Below, piece by piece: positions 25,601-35,000 of a stretch of DNA of 64,000 nt (positions are counted from its first letter, which is position 1; every line of letters begins with the position of its first letter). This stretch comes from Amphiscolops sp. MND2022 (Eukaryota). A program made the translations under genes and the position numbers. The notes beneath the pieces are model-generated. The model saw only the letters and a program-made list of their open reading frames with translations, ran no database searches and was not told the DNA's origin. The stretch lies in NCBI GenBank assembly GCA_964187785.1, contig OZ076409.1, positions 24,738,001 to 24,802,000 on the forward strand, in the 5' to 3' direction.

Positions 25601-28600
25601 AGGTAAATTTGAATCCGAAGCATTGTTGTCAGACCCGATAGAATTGGCGGATGAAGTTTGCGGGATCAGCGGTTGCTCCGAAGGTAGAAAGTCGAAATCG
25701 GATTCCGATTCGCTTACGTTGCTACTTGAATTTGTACCTGCTGTAGATGCAGAAGGCACCGTGAGAGAAGGCCCGAATCCAAAAACGAGTCCTTTCTCAT
25801 CGTCCTCTGCTTTTAATTCACCGATGGAAAAATTTTGCTTGTAGACTTTGGTAGGATCTCTTAAACGCCCAGAGCTGCGTCGAGCAAAAAAGTGAGGAAT
25901 GGTGTCGGTGGGTTTGATCAGTGAAGGAGGCCAGTTATCTAGCATTTCCTTGCTCAAAAGAGTACGAAGATCGTCTTGCTTGCTGCACACAACCCGCGAC
26001 ATGAAGTCAATTATAGGCTGGTAGTGTATGATATGAAACACCTGAAAGCGAAACAAATTATTACAAATGAATCTGATATGAAGAAGACTTCAAAGGTTTC
26101 AATTATCAACTTGCATGTGCCAATAGAAACAAGGCAACAGAAACGGAAACTGTCGGGTTTTCTTCACTCAATTCCGGTTTCTGATTAGTGCCAAAAGATC
26201 CCGTCAAAGACAAAGGCAAGAGGTATAGGGGCAGAAACAGACCAGACGTCAAGTATTCCATCAAAAGTTGAGACAATTTGGCAACTCCCAGATTGAAAAT
26301 GTCTTGGAAGTAAGAGAGGTAATCCATATGCTCAGCGCAAAGATCGCGAAGTTTGTCCATTGATGAGTTGCTGAAATGGAATTGGTGACATTTATGTTTC
26401 AATATTTCCAGATTTCAAAAATATTGGCCTCATGTATATCGCAGTGAGTACCAACTTGACATTCATTACACCAACAACATACATTCTTCACACTCACAAC
26501 TTTTTGAAACGTTTGTAATCTGATCCGTAATACGGCAATGTTTACTCCTTTCAAGAGCTCAAATGTGATGTTAACCGATCGGAGGCTGTCATTTTTCTCA
26601 AAAAATAGTTTGTACTTTATTAAATAGAGTATAACTAAATTTTCAAAAACAGGAGTTTTTAGGCATAACTTGTGAGTCATCTCCAGCTCAACACCATTCA
26701 GATTTCAAAAGTATCGCCCCAATTGGATAGTTGTGGAAAACTAATCTAAATTGAAAGCTCACCCATCTACTGAATTTTTGATTCCTGCATTGAGGGTCCC
26801 AGTAAATTAAATGCTTCACAAAGTCCATGTTTTGCTGGGACCATGAATGGATGAAAAATTAAATTACAAAAAATGTAATTCAAATGTACACTACTTCTTT
26901 TGAAAAATGTATATTTTTCTAAGAAAAGTAGAATTTTTAAGCAACCATATAAAAACCGAACTTGAAAAATGATCTGGATTGCACTGCCAAGATATAAAAA
27001 CACGCAGTGGCATTGCGATATTATCATAATACTGTAACAACAAAAATACAACAAAGACTTTTTCTCAAGTATATCACGAAAAACTAATATTGTAATTTCT
27101 TTCGAGTTACGCATTTTATCAACTGAAAACACCAGAAAACCAAAAGCAGCGATTTTCTAGTGAAAGGTGAAATGTTCTCAAAAAGGATGTTCAAAGTTTG
27201 CAGAAAACTTTTTCTTAAAATGTCGCTCACAGCCGAAAAATTAGTTTTTTTTACAATTAATGAGAAAAGTCTCAACACTGAAAAAGCCTGTCAAGAAAAA
27301 TCTCGAAAAAGTGAGAACAATAATTGAAATGGAAGTACCTGATACTGGCACGAGCGAGTTTGTCAATTTCAAGAACTAGTTTTCCAAGATCGTGTGTGAG
27401 GTTGGCGAAGTAAACATGGGCAGCTTTTTCGCAGATGTAGTCCCGAGTATGCATATCTTTCACACGGAAGCAGCTAAGAGTTATAGTTCGCACGGCTGTT
27501 CTCACCATGCTTTCTGAGTGGTTGAAAAATTTCAGAGCCTCAGTCAAAAGCGGGAAGTCTTTGTTCTGCTCGCTATAGAAAAGGTGAACTGAAACAATTT
27601 TTTTTTCGATAGAATTATCATGACATTGCGTCAAGCATTGCCGTATTCCTTTAAGCACAAAACACGCATCTACTATTTTAAAGTGCTTTTTCCCACTAGC
27701 TTTTTCAAAACTGAAAAACATTGGTATACAGAGAAGAATAATATCTGACAGAAAGTACAGAGCCTTCAGTTTTCTCCAAACTCGATATATTCGTTTGCAC
27801 AAGACTTTTGTTGAGCAAGCAAGCTACAAGCAACTGAGCCAAATGCTCTCCGAGAAAACATTTTCGAGAAAGCCATTCAAAAGAAACCACGGGCGAAGAT
27901 ACTAACTGGTTGAAGGATTCAGCTTTAGAGATAAAATTTTGAGGAAAGAAATGTAATACGCCATAACTTCCTCGTCGTTGAAGTCAAATTTATGTACAAT
28001 GATGGATGTCACATGATTGTTGGATAACAGAAAATCTAAAAAAACTCTTCCATTAATTGAATTGACTACTTTGAAAGTATAGAAGTTCGTTTCAGGAAAT
28101 GTACTCACATAATGACGTCTCGTGTGAAATGTTCTCAAAAAGGATGTTCAAAGTTTGCAGTAATTGGACGCAAACAGACTCGCCTGATTTTTGCTTCATT
28201 ATCTTTTTAAAATAGGATAGCATATTTTTCTCCAGAAAGAAACTGAAACAAAGTAAAAGAACATATCTCATTGAGATACAAAAATGCTTAACAAACGTAC
28301 TCTATAAAGCAACTCACTCAAAAACAGTTGAATCGTTTTGGTCACCCCATATCATGATTTCAGATATACTTCTCAAGGTTTCCACTAATAAATTTCGGTT
28401 TTGATTTGTGACTGTGGAGTTCTTGACAAGCACCATGTGTAGATATCTAAACAAAAACAAAAATAAATTAACCGTGTCTGAAATTCCAAACTAGGAAATT
28501 GGCGAACCCATTGCAATAACCAACTGGTAGTTTCCAAAGAAGATTATCTAAAAGTGCAAAATCTGAATTTTATCAGGCATAATGGCATGAGCACATTATT

Positions 28601-28767
28601 TTTATAACTCAGATTTATAAGTGAAAGCTCAATTGGTGTTTTTGGTGATTGATGAAAAACTTCCAACAAGAAGCAACGACCAAAGGAACTAACTTGAGAT
28701 TTTCTAAGGAGTGGTAGTTCTTGGGTCTCCACCTGGAAGCAAACACCCGCGACAACATTCCAGGCAT
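10608..28767 (-). CDS. CLEC16A: CLEC16A (gop-1/Ema/TT9 family, FPL domain) orthologue, 17 coding exons, ~1062 aa; final 3' end uncertain
   Basis: Exons (minus): 28767-28694, 28446-28318, 28242-28109, 28035-27907, 27588-27339, 26370-26115, 26041-25392, 25061-24884, 24658-24589, 24064-23856, 20639-20544, 19640-19391, 18936-18894, 18362-18257, 17275-17118, 13933-13824, 10951-10608. The sum is 3186 nt with all phases compatible. Peptides match CLEC16A motifs: HSLENLKYL, LVETLRSISEIMIWGDQND, LLQTLNILFENISHETSL, VHKFDFNDEEVMAYYISFLK, EALKFFNHSESMVRTAVRTITL, FYKGDDMFLDLFEDE, RRLPCGE, LGWGVVKF, FDDHIR. Confidence 0.95.
12085..12763 (-). mobile_element. Degenerate HINE-family element(s)
   Basis: 3'-type module ACAAGCGGGA..AAGTCGGCGC at ~12085-12112, core motifs to ~12360, and 5'-type end GCGCCGACTAAAAAT at ~12749-12763. 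The middle is unrelated sequence, so this may be two fragments. Confidence 0.5.
12795..13573 (+). mobile_element. pogo/Tigger-like (Tc1/mariner superfamily) internally deleted DNA transposon
   Basis: TA target duplication at 12793-12794 and 13574-13575. Imperfect ~21-bp TIRs CAG(A/T)AGA(G/C)TGCG(A/G)CTATAACG and subterminal TATAACGAA repeats. The internal ORF ends in the Tigger-type tail EALVTLRSYF...KKQTAITNYFR. Confidence 0.8.
14785..15220 (-). mobile_element. HINE-family element
   Basis: Both termini are present: AAACAAGACGGGAACGTCT hairpin module at the left end and AGTCGGGC...GCGCCGACTAAAAAT at the right end. Confidence 0.7.
21220..22203 (+). mobile_element. Composite HINE-family element (opposite orientation) with duplicated 5' terminus and internal foreign DNA
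   Basis: Two tandem 5'-type modules (TTTT..TCGGCGCTTCATGAA..GAAACGCGACTA) at ~21220 and ~21277. The 3' module GGCGCCGACTTATGCCATTCCCGGCTTGTTT ends at ~22203. Confidence 0.55.
22330..23285 (-). mobile_element. Cluster of HINE-family core fragments with a tRNA-like segment
   Basis: Repeated GTCGCATAGTGCCGAAAA, GGACCCTTTGGGAT and TTTTCCCCAACTGAAA-type core motifs; A-box and B-box at 23205-23277. Confidence 0.6.
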
Positions 28768-29219
28768 TCTTACGGAGTTCCCATTACACTGGAAAGAAAA
28801 ACTCCTGTAGTAGGACACAGTAGTGTTGGCCGGTAACCGATACCAACAGAAAATTGAAACTAGAAACCAGTATCTACTAGTCACAAGATTTATGGTAACC
28901 AGTATGTTTCATAAACGGTCTAAAAAACTTAATTTACAGCATTATTTTTTTCTCTCTATCAGATATCATGGGTCTTCGTCATCAATCAAGTGCCATGTGT
29001 TTCATCATGTTGGGGGGAGAAGACACACACCCGTGGTCTGCTACGAACGTATGGAACCCATACTAGCCACTATCCCAGTAACAAAAATAGCAACCAATAA
29101 GCTACTCATACCAGCCACTATCGCAGTCGACCGATAGAATTTTTTAAGCTGCAATGATATGTTTTTTTCTGAAAAAACTGTAATAAATTTTTTCGACCGC
29201 ATCTCTGTCGCTCACAGTT

Positions 29220-29452
29220 TGTTAGAGATCGATGAAGGTCAAAGGACCATTAAAGGTCAACCATCTCAGACTATACCAGACTGAACTAATTTAGTATATT
29301 ATTGTTGTTTGTAAACATGTACCTGTTATTTTATCTTCACTTGCCTGAATCACTTTATCAACTCACAACACAAAACAAAGTATTGACAATAACCACTCTT
29401 CACCAATCTTCCGACAACCCAGCTACGACCAGAAGGAGCTCAGGCCCTAATA
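29220..29452 (+). repeat. 5' LTR of the copia element
   Basis: TGTTAG...CTAATA; 11 differences from the 3' LTR over 233 bp by manual comparison. Confidence 0.95.
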
Positions 29453-29467
29453 GGTTATGGACCCAGC
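29453..29467 (+). promoter_or_regulatory. Primer-binding site of the Drosophila-copia type (internal tRNA-iMet half)
   Basis: GGTTATGGACCCAGC directly follows the LTR and resembles the GGTTATGGGCCCAG PBS of copia. Confidence 0.8.
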
Positions 29468-29978
29468 AATTTGGCGAGTTTGCCTTTTTCCTTAAAAAAA
29501 AAAACTTTTTCTGCTTACTTTGACTAAGCTCGTCTGATCTTATTTTTCATTCTCCATTTTTTCTTTTTGCGTCTCGGATATCCACAATTTTTGTTATTTA
29601 TGCCGCCCGTTACCGGTGTTTCGCTTTCGCTAACTTTGTAGCTTATCTTCGTGGGAATCCCTGTTTTGCTGCCCTCATTTTTGTTTCAGTTACTTCTTTC
29701 TGCCTGTTTCGGGCTTTTGTTGGAGTTTGTGAGGGATGGATCGACCTTTGCAGTATCTCCATGTCTCTGGCAAGGAAGAAGACTTCGCTGTGTGGCAGGA
29801 GCGATTCGAGGGGTTCTGTTTCACGAAGAAGCTTCTGAACGTGCTGAATGGAACAGATGCTGGCACGAATGACAAGAAGTACGAAATTTGGGCGTACTTG
29901 GTACAGTGTCTTGACAGCCGCAGTATCCTGATGCTGACAAACGACTGCAAGGGTGATGGTCCGAAGGTATGGCAACTA

Positions 29979-30328
29979 GGGTGGGCGGAAATAGGTCGAA
30001 GGAACGGGATCGAAAATCAGAGTTAGTCCTCAGGTCGACAATACCAAATTTTTGAATGGGATCGAATCAACTCGGATCGAAATTTTTATAACGTAGTCAG
30101 ATATGTTCACATACCCCTAGTGCCCTGAATGCAGGAGCGAAGCGAAGCGGAGCGACGTGCCATGTGGCCATGCCTCAATGTTGCTACTTGGCGAAGGGAG
30201 CGAAGCGACCGAGCCATACAACAAATACGATAAAAGTCGACCGCATTCCATTCGATCCCTGTAATTCGATCAAAAGGTTCGACCTCAGTCGTTTCGACCA
30301 GAAAAATTCGACCTATTTACAGCCACCC
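29979..30328 (+). mobile_element. 350-bp MITE, Mutator-like (9-bp TSD), inserted in copia gag
   Basis: Perfect TSD TGGCAACTA; imperfect ~22-bp TIR GGGTGG..AAATAGGTCGAA; the gag frame GPKVWQ/LLRDHF resumes once the insert is removed. Confidence 0.9.
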
Positions 30329-32487
30329 TGGCAACTACTGCGGGACCACTTCAACAGCACCGAAACACCGAGGTTGAACCTATTGGAGAAGTTCACAACC
30401 CTGCGCTTGGAGCCCACGGACAGCATGGTTGACTACCTGACTCGAGCGGAGTATGTGAGTAAGCAGTTGGAGCTCGCTGGTGAGAAAGTTTCTGAAAACA
30501 TGTTAACTTCGATAGTTCTTAAGGGTTTGCCTTCCGAATATGACTATTTCAAAACTGTGCACAATTTTTCGAAAGATAAGGCGTCTTTTGCGGAAGTAAA
30601 GAAAGCATTAAAAAATTTCGAAAGTTCTCGTTCAATGGAAAATGTAAGCGTTGCGGTAAAAGTGGACATAAACAAGCCACTTGTAGAGTATTCCAGTGTA
30701 ACTTTTGCAGGCTTTTTGGCCTTGAAGAGAATAATTGTTTCGAGAAAAACCCCGTTTGATTCCTAAGTCAAGTGCTGAGACAGGAGAGTCAAACCTAGCT
30801 GAGGACTTAGTTTTTTTTGCGATGGTAGTGAGACTGCACTCACTAGCCAAAAATGCGAGGTGAAGGAGCACACTTTGGTCATCGACTCTGGTGCTTCCTC
30901 GCATATGTTTTTTGACCGTTTCCTTTTCTTCGACTTTAGCGAAGAAACACAACGCAAAGTAAAAAATGCGAATGGGACTTTTTCGCAAGTTGAGGGTGTT
31001 GGAAATGTTTCTCTTTTACTTTTGGACAAAGAAGGGATCGAACGCTGTGTGACATTTTCCGACTGTCTTTTTCCTTCCTGATCATTCTCATAACTTGATC
31101 AGTGTTAGCAAGTTGAGACAAAACGGGACTCAAGTGAATTTCGGAAAATCTCTGAGCACTTTTGTGAACTAAAGAGCAACTATTCGTTTTGAAGAGCACG
31201 CTAATCTTTACGTTTTGAAAGGAAAGACATTTGATTTTTGCTCTTTTTCCGACGAAAACGAAGAAGAGGTGTTGTGGCATCATCACCTTGGTCACAACAA
31301 TTTCAAAAATGTGAAACGTTTGGCTCATCATGTTTCGGGGATGAGCTTGAAACACGGTGCTTTTGATAAACTTTGTTGTTGTGAAGTTTGCAAAATTTCT
31401 AAGTCACGACGGCAACCAGTATCGCGAAAAATGGAGAAACGAAAATCTTCGAAACTTGATCTCGTCTTCACTGACATTTTGGGACCGATGCCAACTACTT
31501 CGCTTGGTGGCAATCGATACGCTGTTTCTTTTACGGACAGCTACAGCAGGTACTCAGCGGTATATTTTCTCAAATGGAAAAAGGAGTGCCAAGATAAATG
31601 ATTTTTGGGTTCGGGCCTTACACACTGCTTTTTACATTTCAAACCGTTGCCTCACAGTTAGTTTACCAAAAGGTAAAACGCTCTTCGAAATGTTTTTTGG
31701 TAAAAAACCAGATCTTTCCAACTTGAAAGTTTTTGGATGTACTGCTTTCAAACACATTGAAAAGCAACAAGACAAACTTTCCAATAGAGCCACCAAAAAA
31801 GTTTTTGTTGGTTATTCTGAGGATTCCGAAGCATACATTTTGTACAATCCTTATTCTAAAAAGACTTCGTTTTCTCGCAACGTCTCCTTTGATGAGACTT
31901 CTTTCGAATTTTTTTGCTGCGCACCCAAGTCAAAACGTCCGAGCATTTGTAACCGAAAAACCGGCACCGAAACAAGTTTGACTGAAACACAGAAACACTT
32001 TTGCGAAAAGTCGTCAGTTCCTATTTTACCGACTGAAACATTGAATGATTTCGAAACTGAAACAACTCCTTCCCCCGTTGATGTTGTTTCATCTGAAAAC
32101 ATTGATGCCAATGAAAGTAGTGCTTTTTTGCGGTCTCGAAGTGGGAGAGTTATCAAACCGCCTGCGTATCTAGACGACTACGTTCTTTCAACGGATGACG
32201 GCGATGAGGATCTAACTTATCGTGAAGCAATGAAGTCATCGCTTAAAAGCGAATGGATCGAAGCTACTCAAAAGGAGTACGATGCGCTCATTGAGAACAA
32301 AACCTGGGTGCTTTCTCCGCTTCCCCCGGGCCGAAAAGCAATTGGAAGCCGGTGGGTTTTCTAAATTAGGCGACACGACGACGGAACTATTGAAAAATTC
32401 AAGGCTCGTTTCGTAGCCCGAGGGTTTTCGCAAGTTTTTGGGAACGATTACGATGAAACTTTCGCGCCTACTGCCAAACTTTGTACC

Positions 32488-33627
32488 TTGAGGATTTGTT
32501 TTGCGCTCGCTGCTTCTTGGTCGACTTTTGTTTTTCAGTTAGACGTCCGTTCAGCCTTCCTCAATGCGAACTTGAGTGATGAAATTTATATAGAACAACC
32601 AGAAGGTTTCGCGCAAGCGGGGGCTAATGGTGAAACACTTTATTGCAAGCTTCAAAAATGCCTTTATGGTTTAAAGCAAGCAGGGAGGGAATGGAACAAA
32701 ACTTTAACCCAATGGTTTTTGAAGAACGAATTTGTACAGTCTGCCGAGGATCATTGTCTTTTTCGTTGCGATGGGACTAATGGTTCCCAACTTTTTGTAC
32801 TAGTTTGGGTCGACAACATTTTGTACTTTTCAAACAACGACAAAATGCTGCATGATTTCAAGGCGAAACTCAGCGATGCATTCAGCATCGATGATCGTGA
32901 GAAAATGACTTGGTTTTTGGGATGCAATGTTGAACAGTCACGCGGTCGCATTTCTCTTAGTCAGCGGTCATATATAAAGGACATTTTGCGGAAAAGTCAT
33001 ATGTCTGATTGTAAACCAGTCAGTACTCCAGCTATTCCCCATACGAAACAGTCAAAATCGGACTGCCCTATCGAAGGTAGTGAAAAGTCACTTGATATTT
33101 GCGAACAGAAACAATATCGTAGCTTAGTTGGAAACTTAATGTATTTGTCCGTTGTTAGTCGCCCCGATATTTGCTTTGCTGTCTATAACTTAGCACTATT
33201 CGTGTCAAATCCTGGTAAAGCCCATTGGTGTGCATTGAAACACCTTCTCCGTTTTCTCAGGGGCACCGAGTCTCTATCTCTTGTGTATAATCGCTCTGAA
33301 AATCTCAAACTTTTTGGTTTTTTGGATTCCGATTGGGCCACCGACAAGGACGATCGCAAGTCAACTTCGGGTTTTTGCTTCAAACTAAGTCGTTCTGGTA
33401 GTGTTTTCTCTTGGGTGTCCAAAAAGCAAGGGTGTGTGGCACTTAGCTCTTGTGAAGCCGAGTATGTTTCGTTGGCTTTGGCTGCACAGGAAGCAGTCTA
33501 TTTGCAAGGCTTGCTCACTTTCTTCTGCTTGACGACGGTAGACACGCCTGTTCTGTTGTGTGGTGACAATCAAGGGCACTCGCACTGGCCAGCAACCCTG
33601 TCGCCCACAAACGTGCTAAACACATAG
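32488..33627 (+). pseudogene. Copia reverse transcriptase / RNase H reading frame (pol remnant)
   Basis: QLDVRSAFLNA, LYGLKQ, LVWVDNIL, VSRPDICFAV and SSCEAEYV motifs; upstream pol has stops and frameshifts and lacks most of the integrase core. Confidence 0.9.
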
Positions 33628-34000
33628 AAACCCGACACCACTTCATCCGTCAACTGGTTGAGGACAAACGCATTCAACTGTCTTATGTCTCCACAAAAAA
33701 CAATTTGGCTGATATCTTCACCAAGATTCTACCCAAGCCTGCCTTCAATGAGCTCTCATCGCAACTCTTCGTCATTCAGCCACCCCGATCAACAACTTAA
33801 GCCTTGCCTCCCTCACAATTCAATTATTTTACATTACTCATTATTGTGTTTATGTTATCACTGGGACTATGACGACTTTCAGCTTCTCTTCAACTGATGG
33901 ATAGAGCCCTCTCAATCGCTGCCTTGACACGACAGATGGTCAAGCACAGTGTTTCGCCATCATCAAACAACAACCTTCGGAGTCTCTCATCGAGCGGGGG

Positions 34001-34233
34001 TGTTAGAGATGGATGAAGGTCAAAGGACCATTAAAGGTCAACCATCTGAGACTATACTCAACTGAACTAATTTAGAATATTATTGTTGTTTGTAAACATG
34101 TACCTGTTGTTTTATCTTCACTTGCCTTAATCACTTTATCAACTCACAACACAAAATAAAATATTGACAATAACTACTCTTCACCAATCTTCCGACAACC
34201 CAGCTACGACCAGAAGGAGCTCAGGCCCTAATA
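34001..34233 (+). repeat. 3' LTR of the copia element
   Basis: Preceded by the PPT; about 95% identical to 29220-29452. Confidence 0.95.
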
Positions 34234-34619
34234 CAGCTCCTAGAACACAGGCCGCATTGCCGATCTGAAGAGCCATTGAAATCCGTTGCTTCAAAAAGCT
34301 GCCAGCTCGTTGATCGTCGTGCATTTTACAGAGACGCGTGATGGAAACTTCACTAAAAAACCCTGTACTTCCAAGGCCACCGGTTGAAAAATGTATCCAT
34401 TGTCTATTAATTCGCGATACTTCTCAATTTTACGCGCTTCAGCCTCGGTGGTGGTGGTTCCAGGGTTACATGGAGAGCCTTGATTCAGGCGACTGGGTGC
34501 AAGAGCATCCACAACCGTGACATCCCTCACCAGCTGTTTACCCATTTCCCAAGGAATCATGGTAACACCGCCTGGGCGTTTGTCATCGGTTCGGTACAGT
34601 CCACGCGGTTCGAGCATTG

Positions 34620-34968
34620 GGGTGGGCGGAAGTAGGTCGAAGGAACGGGATCGAAAATCAGAGTTAGTACTCAGGTGGACATACCAAATTTTTTAATGGG
34701 ATCGAAACAACTCGGATCGAAATTTTTATAACGTAGTCAGATATGTTCACATACCCCTAGTGCCCTGAATGCAGGAGCGAAGCGAAGCGGAGCGACGTGC
34801 CATATGGCCATGCCTCAATGTTGCTACTTGGCGAAGGGAGCGAAGCGACCGAGCCGTACAACAAATACGATAAAATTCGACCGCTTTCCATTCGATCCCT
34901 GCAATTCGATCAAAAGGTTCGACCTCTGTCCTTTCGACCAGACAAGTTCTACCTATTTACAGCCACCC
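34620..34968 (+). mobile_element. Second copy of the Mutator-like MITE, inserted in the CRE RLE domain
   Basis: Perfect 9-bp TSD CGAGCATTG; same TIRs and body as 29979-30328. Confidence 0.9.
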
Positions 34969-35000
34969 CGAGCATTGAAGGCAAGTTGAGAGATCCCAAC

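Larger units (their letters stand above)
29220..34233 (+). mobile_element. Ty1/copia LTR retrotransposon, both LTRs present, coding region decayed
   Basis: 233-bp LTRs at 29220-29452 and 34001-34233; TSD CAGTT/CAGCT; PBS GGTTATGGACCCAGC; PPT GAGCGGGGG. Domain order is gag, PR (LVIDSGASSHM), GAG-pre-IN (LWHHHLGH), partial integrase, RT (KARFVARGF, LYGLKQAGREW), RNase H (DSDWA, LSSCEAEY). Confidence 0.97.

Noticed and set aside
30164-30766. 200-aa ORF MAMPQCCYLAKG... as a distinct gene
   Set aside because: It is a chance fusion of MITE sequence with the downstream half of copia gag.
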